Assembly: GCA_963845535.1 (NCBI GenBank)
Contig: CAWJSK010000012.1
Coordinates: 704,001-768,000, forward strand
Source: an uncultured Spirochaetota bacterium
Lineage (GTDB): Bacteria; Spirochaetota; Spirochaetia; SZUA-6; Fen-1364
DNA: 64,000 nt
Direction: 5' to 3'
Every line of letters begins with the position of its first letter. Within the stretch, counting starts at the first letter, position 1. Below, piece by piece: positions 31,643-40,493 of the stretch. The notes beneath the pieces are model-generated. The model did not search any database. It saw only the letters and a program-made list of their open reading frames with translations, and was not told where the DNA came from. Both the position numbers and the translations under genes were made by a program.

Positions 31643-32539
31643 ATGACAGCCCTCGCGCCAACTACCGGGAACCAGAGAGGCAAGGCGCTTCTCGCCCTGA
31701 CCGCGTGCGCGCTCCTCTGGAGCACCGGGGGCCTCCTCATCAAAATCGTTGACTGGAACCCGTTCGCCATCGCCGGGACGCGCAGCCTGATTGGCGGCCT
31801 CCTCATCCTTGCCGTGATCCGGCGGCCCCGGTTCACGTGGTCTTTCGCGCAGGTCGCCGGCGCCGTCACGTACGCCGGCTGCATGGTGTGCTTTGTGGCC
31901 GCCAACAAGCTGACCACCGCGGCAAACGCCATCCTGCTCCAATACACCGCCCCTCTGTACGCCGCGATCCTTGGCTGGGTTTTCCTCCGGGAGAAGGCCA
32001 CCGCCATAGACTGGGCCACCATCGTCGTGGTGCTGGGCGGAATGGTGCTGTTCTTCCTGGACAAGCTCGGGGCCGGGGGAATGGCAGGCAACCTGCTTGC
32101 CATCGTGAGCGGCGTGTTCTTCGCAGGGACCATGGTGGCGCTTCGCAAGCAGAAGGACGGCTCTCCGCTCGAGTCGCTCCTGCTGAGCCACGCCATCACG
32201 TTCGTCATCGCCATCCCCTTCCTTTGGGGGCCGGCCCCGAGCCTCCCCTCCGCGGCAGGGCTCGCCCTGCTCGGAGTGGTCCAGATCGGAATCCCTTCAT
32301 TTCTTCTCATCTACGGAGTCAGGCGCGTGACGGCCCTTCAGACGATCCTGACCTCCGTGCTCGAGCCGATCTTCAATCCGATCTGGGTGTTCCTGTTCCT
32401 TGGAGAGAGGCCCGGACCTCGCGCGCTCCTGGGCGGCGCCATCATCCTGGTTGCCGTGACGGCGCGCTCGGTGGTCAGCCTTCGATTGGCGGTCCGGCCG
32501 GCTGGTGTCGGCTCACAAGCAGAACACCGGCAAGGATGA
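31643..32539 (+). CDS. DMT/EamA family transporter
   Basis: About 10 TMs; LLWSTGG, LQYTAP, LEPIFNPIW. Confidence 0.9.
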   Translation: MTALAPTTGNQRGKALLALTACALLWSTGGLLIKIVDWNPFAIAGTRSLIGGLLILAVIRRPRFTWSFAQVAGAVTYAGCMVCFVAANKLTTAANAILLQYTAPLYAAILGWVFLREKATAIDWATIVVVLGGMVLFFLDKLGAGGMAGNLLAIVSGVFFAGTMVALRKQKDGSPLESLLLSHAITFVIAIPFLWGPAPSLPSAAGLALLGVVQIGIPSFLLIYGVRRVTALQTILTSVLEPIFNPIWVFLFLGERPGPRALLGGAIILVAVTARSVVSLRLAVRPAGVGSQAEHRQG

Positions 32540-33397
32540 TCACCCCTCCCACCACCTGGATCCACACGATGCTCTCCCCCAGCAGCGCCACGCCGCCCAG
32601 CACCCCGACCACGGGGATGAGGTTCACGTACGGGCTGACGGAGATGGGTCCTAGCCTTGAGAGCGCGTACACGTAGAGGAAGTTGGAGAGGGCTGAACAG
32701 AAGACAGCAAGGTACGCAAGGCTGAACCAGGCCGCCGCGGTGATGGTGACCCACTGCCCGCGTTCCAGGAGACAGAAAGGAATCAGGAAGATGGTCCCGA
32801 ACAGGGACTGGTAGGCCGTGATGGCGATGTCGGACAGCCGCGTGTGCAGGTTCTTGCTCAGGATGATATAGGCCACCCATGCGGCACACGCGCCGAACAT
32901 GAACAGGTCCCCCGCGGGAGAGAAAGCTCCGGCGTTTCCGGCCCCGGACGGCCCACCACGAACGCCACGCCTACCACGGAAAGGGCAATCCCGGCAACGA
33001 CCATCCACGAGACGCGCGTGCGAAAGAAGATGGCTTCCGCGGCCACGGTGACCACCGGGATGACCGCGATGATGAGCGAAGCGTGGGAAGCAGAGGTGAG
33101 CTTGATCCCGCGGGACTCGAAGAAGAAATAGATTGTCACGCCGCACAGCCCGCTCGCCAGGAGCGGCAGGATGTCTTTGCGGCGCAGGCGCGCGCTCGGG
33201 TCGAACTTTCGAAGAAAAACGTTGAGTATGACCGTGGCCGCGAGGAATCGGATAGTGACCATGGTCATGGGCGGGACGCCCGCGTTGAGGATGGTCTTGG
33301 AGGCCACGAACGAGAGGCCCCAGAAGATCACGGTCCCCCAGACTGCGAGCAGGGCGGGAGCGCGAGAGGGTGCTTGGATGGCGGCATGTGTGCGCAT
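32475..33397 (-). CDS. DMT/EamA family transporter (indel ~32943)
   Basis: FWGLSFVASK half in one frame; GDLFMFGA...NLIPVVG half in another. Confidence 0.85.
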
Positions 33398-33466
33398 GGT
33401 TTTGTGCAACGCTACCAGAATGGATAAATCACCGCAACACTTCGAAGGGTAGGACCGTCATGAAGT

Positions 33467-34453
33467 CTACTGCTTACAAAGGGCGGTTGGAGCGTTTTTG
33501 TCGATAAACTCTTTATGTGCAGCGGGCAACGGAAAAAGGGCTTCCGGCTTATTGAGATCCAAGACCAACGTCCCGGCGCAGCATTTACGATTCTCGCGCC
33601 CCTCAGAATATAAATCGACCAAATGTTTCGGTTCAGTCCTCGGTATCATCTTCGCGCAATGTTCTGAAAGCTGAGTACATACGATGCGGAAGTTTTTCAG
33701 ATTCTTGTGCAGTTCTTTGAATATGATTGGCAATGGATGCTTCGCTCTACCCCTAGCAACGGAGAAGACAATAGTCGAAGGGCTCACGGCAGCGCAAAGC
33801 TTTCGAACAAACGATTCTATTGGTGTTCCCGTTCCACCGCCATGATGAGGGAAAACCAGCAAAGGGGCACTGGCGTCGGCACCGTCAGCGAGCAAGTCGT
33901 CGAGCCCAATCTCATCCAAATCGCCGGGCAAAAGAGCCAAAGGCTTTCCGTCCAGCAGAAGACGTACTACGACACTCAGAGAGTTGCTTCGTATTTTGCG
34001 CTTGAAGCGTTCCTTGCCGTTTACTCCCTTTCCAACGAGGTATTTGCTAGGCCCAAGGATCTGAACTTGAACGGAGCCCTGATTGTACTTACCAAAGTCG
34101 TCGCGTGCGATAGATGTTTCGAGAACTATTCTGCCTTTGAGAGATTCCTGATTAAGAACAAATAGCAGATCATCCCAAACCTCAGTTCCTTTGGAGGCAT
34201 CGCCGTTGAGGCAAACTCGGGCTATATCAACAGTTTTTGCGGCCAATAGGGCCACAAGCCCTCCGATGTGATCTTTGTCCGCATGCGAAAGAAGTAATAC
34301 ATCTATTTGTTTGATTTCTTGGGTTTCGAGGAATTCTAACAAGGCGCTTCCGGCTCCCGAATCGATTACTACAACACCCCCTGAGTCGCTCAGCACCGCG
34401 CTGTTACCGTGGCCGACGTCAAGTACCGCTAGACTCGGCCTTTTGTAATGCAT
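33467..34453 (-). CDS. ComEC/Rec2-type metallo-beta-lactamase fold hydrolase, putative nuclease
   Basis: LDVGHGNS, VIDSG, SHADKDHIGG, NSLSVV, LPGD, PHHGG; no TM segments; C-terminal CTQLSEHC...RKCCAG. Confidence 0.88.
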   Translation of the reverse strand: MHYKRPSLAVLDVGHGNSAVLSDSGGVVVIDSGAGSALLEFLETQEIKQIDVLLLSHADKDHIGGLVALLAAKTVDIARVCLNGDASKGTEVWDDLLFVLNQESLKGRIVLETSIARDDFGKYNQGSVQVQILGPSKYLVGKGVNGKERFKRKIRSNSLSVVVRLLLDGKPLALLPGDLDEIGLDDLLADGADASAPLLVFPHHGGGTGTPIESFVRKLCAAVSPSTIVFSVARGRAKHPLPIIFKELHKNLKNFRIVCTQLSEHCAKMIPRTEPKHLVDLYSEGRENRKCCAGTLVLDLNKPEALFPLPAAHKEFIDKNAPTALCKQ

Positions 34454-34454
34454 A

Positions 34455-35117
34455 TTACTGAACTTCCCATTCACATACATAGAGCTCGTCTGCACTATCC
34501 GCGCCAATGTTCACTTGCGCGTAGAAACGCATATCAGTTTCTATTTTGCCTGATAGCAATGGCGGCAAATCCGCAAAATAGATTCGGATCTTTTGATCGG
34601 CATTCCACCCCGGCACCACGATGTAGAAGTACTCCCCTGATTCATCCACTTGGGTTATGCGCACAAGAGTTCTCCAAGGCTTTCGACTCGGGTTGTATTT
34701 GCCCGCACTTTCTTTGAGACAACGTTCAAAACCTCTGACAATAGTATCTGGATTGTATGTCGATGGTCTCAATAGTATTGGGATGAATCGACGCTTGCTT
34801 CGAAGGAGCGTTATGTCAGCATCATCGTAAGTTGTGCAAAGTAAAGCGGGAAAGCGCCCGATATTTGATAAGGCAACAAGTTGGTCACCATCAAAGGGCG
34901 AATAGCTCCTTATTCGCAGGTGATAATCGCAAATAATCGCATCAGCTTTCGCATGGATTTCCTTTAGAGATGATTCGAGATTCCGCAAGGGGCCAAGCTC
35001 GAATACCGGTGCTAGTCCCATATCTTCAATAGAGTAGCCATAGCTTTCCCGGGATTCTTTCTCGTCGTCTACAATAGCTACGCGCTCGATTTTTCGCCCT
35101 TCAATAGTCAGCGCCAT
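34455..35117 (-). CDS. Atypical response-regulator receiver with beta-rich C-terminal domain
   Basis: VAIVDD, IICDYHL (phosphoacceptor Asp), LLCTT; no HTH output domain. Confidence 0.8.
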   Translation of the reverse strand: MALTIEGRKIERVAIVDDEKESRESYGYSIEDMGLAPVFELGPLRNLESSLKEIHAKADAIICDYHLRIRSYSPFDGDQLVALSNIGRFPALLCTTYDDADITLLRSKRRFIPILLRPSTYNPDTIVRGFERCLKESAGKYNPSRKPWRTLVRITQVDESGEYFYIVVPGWNADQKIRIYFADLPPLLSGKIETDMRFYAQVNIGADSADELYVCEWEVQ

Positions 35118-35119
35118 TT

Positions 35120-37183
35120 CTATTTCCCCAATACAGGCAATCTGATTATCATTTCCGCGCCTCCCAATAAGCTGTGCTCAACTGCGTCGACCTCCCCGCC
35201 AAGATCGGAAACACTGTCTCTTACTATCGCCAAGCCCAAGCCCGTTCCATTCCTTCTGGTCGTTTCACCTGGCAGCCAAATATCCCGCTTCGAGATGCCA
35301 ATTATGCCCGGACCGTTGTCTTGCACGTTCAGCGAGAACAAGCCACTTTCTACGCTGGTCTGAATATGAATAATGCGTCTCCCAACGGTAGATTCCTCGA
35401 GAGCAGCCAAGGAATTGTTCAAGAGATTGGTAACAATGGACTCGATTGCAGCTTCACTTCCTCGCAAATAGGGAGAACCTTCGCAGTAGGTTGCTAATAC
35501 TTCAACATCGCGGCCTTCTGTGAAAGGCTTGAAAGTCTCCAGCACGCCGCGGATAACTTGATTCAGTTCGACTCGCGTAAGTCTACGTTTTTCGTGATCG
35601 AGCAACTTCGAAGTAACCGCACTAAGAACCGAAAGCCTCTCTGTAGCCCTGACGATCGTTTGGACTGGCCTTTCTAGCTGTTGTGAATAGGCGACGCCCA
35701 GTGCAGCACGGGCTCTCCGCTCAATCGCATCAACTGCTATGGTGATTGCTTTTAGGGGGTTCCCTTTCGATTCGTGTGCAAAAGTCGCTGCGGTTATTCC
35801 TGCGGTGCTAAGAGTCCGGTAGAGTTGGATTTCTCGTCGGAGTTTGTCTTTGTCTGATTCTTGAGCGCGCTCATACGCTTCTGCGGCTTTCTTGATTTGC
35901 TCGCGGGCCGGCTCATGAGCCCTTTCAATTGCTTCAAATAGCTTCTTCTTAGTTGGCTTTTCCGCCTCCAAGGCGACCGATCTTTCTTTTGCCCGCCGCG
36001 CTTGAGCGACGTCAAGGCGTCTACGCGCCATCCACTCACATGTATCTTGCGCAAACCGTCGTAATTCCCGAAAACTCTCGGTTTCGATAAAACCAGACCG
36101 ATCAGTCTTTTGAAGGAGGACGGCGCTTCTGTCAAAAGCGACGACGCGCCCAATCACAGTATTTGTGCTAGGTCGTTCCTCAGGGCTACGTACACGAGCG
36201 AGGTTGAGCTCAAGCCAATCATTTCCTGGATCTCCGTATGGCGAAACCCGCAACTCGTTTTGATATAGATGGACCCCTCCGAAAACATCAAGCCACCGTC
36301 GGACCTCGCCAATTGTTGAACTCCGAGTTGAGAAAGTCGTACTGTCAAGTATAAAAACCCAGAGATCGAATTTTGCGGAAGGGCAACGATAATGCTGATT
36401 GCTTCCTTGGGTCAATTCATCGTGAGTAGTTACAAAAATCTGCTTCCCTTTCCAATCAACAATGGAAGCATTTGCTCGACCATTTTTATCCACAGTCGCG
36501 ATAAGATGATATTCAGCATCATCAAAATAGCGTTGCTGAACAAGTTTCTCAAATTCGGCAAACTCAGGCGCAATTAGGACAGGCCTAAATCCCTCTGGGC
36601 TATCGCCAAAGGGATCTGCGAGAAGGATTAGCTCCCGCGCTAGTCTTCTAACGTCAGACCGAGTGATCTCCGTTGTCAGATCTTCTAGATAGATCGTCGT
36701 TCCGTGGGAATCATTTTCTTTTCGTTGAGAGGACTCAATTGTTAGATTTACTTCCTCTACTATCTCCGCCCGTTCAAAATCCTTCCAGTCAATAAGCAGG
36801 TTATGCTCTTGCCTCGAATCTTCTTTTGGCCTGGTCGTCAGCAACGCTCGACTCCCAAGACGTAAGGCAGCAAGTCGTCCCAGCCCCTTGCTTCCGGATG
36901 GAGTTCTGCCCAAAATGGTTCGTTCAGCCACTAGCTTCCCGGAACGCCCCAACACAAGCCAGCCAGTGATGATTTCGTCAACACCCATTCCACTTCCATC
37001 ATCGCTTACAGTAATAGTTCCGCCAGCTCTCTCGGTATTCGTCAGGAGTATAGTGCAAGAGTGTGCGTCGGCGTCGTAAGCATTCTTTGCAAGCTCCAGA
37101 ATTCCTCTATCCGGATGAGGGTTTAACTCCTCCCCAAGGCGACGCAAAATGTCTGGAGCAAATCGGAACTGTGCTTTGATCAT
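35120..37183 (-). CDS. MORC-like GHKL ATPase fused to histidine kinase
   Basis: N-terminal ELAKNAYDADA, DDGSGM, GSKGLGRLA, HGTTI; coiled coil; H-box TFAHE, NLLNNS, DNGPGI, GTGLGL; no TM. Confidence 0.9.
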   Translation of the reverse strand: MIKAQFRFAPDILRRLGEELNPHPDRGILELAKNAYDADAHSCTILLTNTERAGGTITVSDDGSGMGVDEIITGWLVLGRSGKLVAERTILGRTPSGSKGLGRLAALRLGSRALLTTRPKEDSRQEHNLLIDWKDFERAEIVEEVNLTIESSQRKENDSHGTTIYLEDLTTEITRSDVRRLARELILLADPFGDSPEGFRPVLIAPEFAEFEKLVQQRYFDDAEYHLIATVDKNGRANASIVDWKGKQIFVTTHDELTQGSNQHYRCPSAKFDLWVFILDSTTFSTRSSTIGEVRRWLDVFGGVHLYQNELRVSPYGDPGNDWLELNLARVRSPEERPSTNTVIGRVVAFDRSAVLLQKTDRSGFIETESFRELRRFAQDTCEWMARRRLDVAQARRAKERSVALEAEKPTKKKLFEAIERAHEPAREQIKKAAEAYERAQESDKDKLRREIQLYRTLSTAGITAATFAHESKGNPLKAITIAVDAIERRARAALGVAYSQQLERPVQTIVRATERLSVLSAVTSKLLDHEKRRLTRVELNQVIRGVLETFKPFTEGRDVEVLATYCEGSPYLRGSEAAIESIVTNLLNNSLAALEESTVGRRIIHIQTSVESGLFSLNVQDNGPGIIGISKRDIWLPGETTRRNGTGLGLAIVRDSVSDLGGEVDAVEHSLLGGAEMIIRLPVLGK

Positions 37184-37184
37184 G

Positions 37185-38474
37185 CTACTTATCCCACCAA
37201 GGGGTCTCCCTTATTGCCGCAACCGTAAGGTGCCGGCATCTAATACGTGAATTGAGCCAATCGCTAGTCCTCGATCTTTTCATTCTTTGAATCAATTGAC
37301 GACACGTCTTCACCTGCCCATTACGAGGACTGCACACAATCAAGTGATTCTCGACCGCGACGGGTCGCGCTCCCGTAATTAGTGTACATATCGCCCTGTG
37401 ACCATCTTCAGGTCTAGACGTTCGGCGGATTACGACAAATGGCGGCTCGAAAAGGCGTCCTTTAAAACGCCGCCTCTCTCTGATTCGTTTGACTTGACTC
37501 CAACTAGGAACCGATCGTGCATGGAGGTACGCCACCACAAAACCTCTTTGTGGATGGCGATGGGGAACGACCGATCCGACGTGCACGTCGAACAAATCGC
37601 CGACAAGGATTTGCCCTTTGTTTGGCCTGCCAAACCAAAGCTGGTTTTGAGATTTCTTTGGAAATGGCTTCTTTTTCGTATCAAGGATGAATACGTCAAT
37701 ATCAGCCCAAGGATCAAAAAGCCCACAAGATCGGACACTTCCTACAGAACTATTTTCGGAAACCATATCTCGCCATCTCTCGAAGCGGCTTCCAGAGCGC
37801 AGCACGTCCGGCAGGATTGCTGTAATTCGTGTTCCGGCAGATGAATTAATAAGACTCGCCTCAAGGAAGACTGCTGCCGCCGTTAGCTTGCCAGCCGCCC
37901 AATTGCATCCTTTGGGCGCTTTTACGAAGCCATAAGGTGGATTCATAATGACCCAAGAGGCTCTTACGAACAGATCAGTGGCAGTAAGCCCGTTATCGAC
38001 TCGGATGAGAGGAAATAGCAAATTCAGTTCTGAGATCTCGCACCTTACGGAATCTCCCGTTCGTTGTCGCGCCATCATGAGTAGCCTTGCCTTGGCCGCT
38101 CTCACAAACTCTTTATTGGTGTCGCACCCCGTTAAATGAGAACCCCAAAAATCAAGGGTAGCAACGAGACTGGGAAGGACGGGCAGACGCTGAGCGGCAG
38201 CTAGCAACAGGTCGCCGGCGCCGCAGGTAGGATCAAAGAATACAGGCATCAGGGTTGAACTGTCGAAATGTGGAACAGCTCGCCTTGCGAGAGTTCTTCC
38301 AGTAAAAAATGCGCCAATCCTGCGACGCGTTTTGAGACTCAGAACACCTGCGAGTTGGCGACCAGGCTCCCCGTCAAGTGCAAGGGCAACGCTCTTTGTC
38401 CAATCATTTCCTTCGATTGCGGGCTGAGTCGCCATACTTTCTAGCTGTTCAACATAGGGCCGAAAAGCTTTCAT
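37185..38474 (-). CDS. N6-adenine DNA methyltransferase (gamma class)
   Basis: GAFFT (motif X), FFDPTCGAGDLL (motif I), IMNPPY (motif IV), C-terminal putative TRD. Confidence 0.88.
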   Translation of the reverse strand: MKAFRPYVEQLESMATQPAIEGNDWTKSVALALDGEPGRQLAGVLSLKTRRRIGAFFTGRTLARRAVPHFDSSTLMPVFFDPTCGAGDLLLAAAQRLPVLPSLVATLDFWGSHLTGCDTNKEFVRAAKARLLMMARQRTGDSVRCEISELNLLFPLIRVDNGLTATDLFVRASWVIMNPPYGFVKAPKGCNWAAGKLTAAAVFLEASLINSSAGTRITAILPDVLRSGSRFERWRDMVSENSSVGSVRSCGLFDPWADIDVFILDTKKKPFPKKSQNQLWFGRPNKGQILVGDLFDVHVGSVVPHRHPQRGFVVAYLHARSVPSWSQVKRIRERRRFKGRLFEPPFVVIRRTSRPEDGHRAICTLITGARPVAVENHLIVCSPRNGQVKTCRQLIQRMKRSRTSDWLNSRIRCRHLTVAAIRETPWWDK

Positions 38475-38688
38475 TTTTCCACCTTGGGATGATAACAGAA
38501 ACCCGCCGTGAAATGAAATGCCAATTCCAGCACTCCCCTGTCGGACATACTCGCAGCCTTCTGAGATTTGTTACAGAGAGTCACGCCAGGGCAAAAACCC
38601 GGGCACGTAATCGTTTACAATTGCGGATGACATTTATTAATATAGTGACACGTCACGTAACCATTTGTTAGGGAGCTTGTCAACCAAA

Positions 38689-39507
38689 ATGAGTGTAATC
38701 CGCGGCACAACCATCCTTCTCACGGGCGCCACGGGCGGGATTGGCCTGGCCTGCGCGCGCGCCCTTGCAAGCTCGGGCGCCAGGCTGCTCCTTCATGGGC
38801 GGGACACGGGGAAACTCCGCTCCGCGGCGGAAGAGGCAGCCAGGCTTGGCGCAAGCGTGGATACGTTCGTCGCTGACCTGTCCTCCCTGAAGGAAACCGC
38901 GACCCTGGCCCGTGAGGCGGCGCGGGCGGGCCCGCTTGACGTCCTCATCAACAACGCCGGCGTCGGTTTCGGGCGGGACGGCAACAGGCGGGAGCTGAGC
39001 AGGGACGGGCACGAGCTGCGTTTCGCGGTGAACTACCTGGCCCCGTTTCTCCTCACGGAGGAGCTGCTGGCCCGGGGCATGCCGAAGCTCGCGGTAATCA
39101 ACGTGGCTTCCGCCGGCCAGGAGGCCCTGGATTTCGACGACCTCCTGAGTGAGCGCGGTTACAGCGGCGTACGGGCATACTGTCGGAGCAAGCTCGCCCT
39201 GATCATGATGAGCTTCGACCTGGCCGCGCTCCATCCGACGCTCCAGGTCCAGGCGCTGCACCCCGGGACCTACCTCGACACGGGCATGGTGCGTGAAGCG
39301 GGTATCACGCCGCTGGGGCCGGTCAGCCAGGGCGTGGAGTCCATCCTCGCCGTCCTGACGACGGCTCTCACCGGCGGAGCATCAGGGGGCTACTTCGACC
39401 GGGCCAGGCCCGCGCGCGCACTCGCGCAGGCGTACAACATAGCAGCCCGGCAGAGGTTGAGGGAGGCAAGTCTGAAGCTCATCAACCCCTGGCGCTCCGA
39501 GCTCTAA
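38689..39507 (+). CDS. Short-chain dehydrogenase/reductase
   Basis: TGATGGIG, INNAG, YCRSK. Confidence 0.92.
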   Translation: MSVIRGTTILLTGATGGIGLACARALASSGARLLLHGRDTGKLRSAAEEAARLGASVDTFVADLSSLKETATLAREAARAGPLDVLINNAGVGFGRDGNRRELSRDGHELRFAVNYLAPFLLTEELLARGMPKLAVINVASAGQEALDFDDLLSERGYSGVRAYCRSKLALIMMSFDLAALHPTLQVQALHPGTYLDTGMVREAGITPLGPVSQGVESILAVLTTALTGGASGGYFDRARPARALAQAYNIAARQRLREASLKLINPWRSEL

Positions 39508-39842
39508 AAGCTCACCATCAAGCCGACCCCATAAAGGCAGTCGGGCCCGGCGGAGCAGTCCTGAAAGAGGACCCCGACGTGAGCGGGCAAATCTTTGCTT
39601 ATGGAACGAGTCGAAAGCAGAGGGAGATACCCTGAGGTAAAACCCTCAGACGAAAGGATCGGAGGGGAGACCAGGCTGGCGTGACTGCCTAGAACGCCTG
39701 CTCCGGGGCTTCCGCTCGAAAGCTCGATCGGACTGCCCTTCGTGTCGTCCCGTTGGTCAGTCACACGAGGATTGGCCCAGAGCGGAATGCAGGATGCGAG
39801 CAGCACGATACAGAGCAAAGGGAGAAGGTATTTGCTACCCAT
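39504..39842 (-). CDS. Hypothetical secreted protein
   Basis: Signal-like N-terminus, GGAGG upstream; no recognisable family. Confidence 0.45.
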   Translation of the reverse strand: MGSKYLLPLLCIVLLASCIPLWANPRVTDQRDDTKGSPIELSSGSPGAGVLGSHASLVSPPILSSEGFTSGYLPLLSTRSISKDLPAHVGVLFQDCSAGPDCLYGVGLMVSF

Positions 39843-39900
39843 ACTCTTCCACCTCCGTATGTTGCTACGGCAAATTTAAACAAAAACCGGGCAGCCGTCT

Positions 39901-40428
39901 CTATTCCAGCTTGAGCTTGCGAAGCTTGGGCGTTATGACCACCCGGCAGTATCCGGCGCTCGTGTGGGTGTTGTAGTAGTTCTGATGATAGTCTTCGGCT
40001 TTCCAGAAAGTTTCCAGCGGACGTATCTCCGTCACAATGGGATCATGCCAGTTCTTTTGCTCTTTCTTCCGGGAGGCTTCCGCGACGCTCTTTTGCTTCT
40101 CTCCCATAGTGACGATGATGGAACGGTACTGGGTCCCCACGTCCGCCCCCTGCCGGTTCGGCGTCGTGGGGTCATGGGCGTGCCAGAACACATCGAGCAG
40201 CTCCTCGTAGCTGATGAGCTGCGGGTCGAACTCGACGCGCACCACTTCCGCGTGGCCGGTCTCTCCCGTGCAAACCTGCTCATAGGTCGGCTCGGGGGCG
40301 GAGCCTCCGGCATATCCCGAGGTCACCGACACCACGCCTTCGATCCGCTGGAGCACCGCCTCCAGGCACCAGAAACAGCCGCCGCCGAACGTTGCCGTTT
40401 CATGACGGCTGGGCTGACCTCCATCCAT
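39901..40428 (-). CDS. msrA: Peptide methionine sulfoxide reductase A
   Basis: GGCFWC, HAEVV, AEDYHQNY, GYC. Confidence 0.96.
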   Translation of the reverse strand: MDGGQPSRHETATFGGGCFWCLEAVLQRIEGVVSVTSGYAGGSAPEPTYEQVCTGETGHAEVVRVEFDPQLISYEELLDVFWHAHDPTTPNRQGADVGTQYRSIIVTMGEKQKSVAEASRKKEQKNWHDPIVTEIRPLETFWKAEDYHQNYYNTHTSAGYCRVVITPKLRKLKLE

Positions 40429-40493
40429 CTCGGCCTCCCAGGGGAGAATCTACATAGGAAAGAGTTGGTCGGACAGCAGGCGGTGGCGCGGGC

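Larger units (their letters stand above)
33410..38688. other. AT-richer genomic island carrying a four-gene operon
   Basis: Spot counts: 26/60 GC at 34081-34140 versus 42/60 at 38761-38820 and 34/60 at 32761-32820; abrupt codon-usage change; boundaries approximate. Confidence 0.85.

Noticed and set aside
33467..34453. Competence gene comEC or a beta-lactam resistance gene
   Set aside because: No membrane channel domain and no signal peptide; the context is a DNA-methylase operon.
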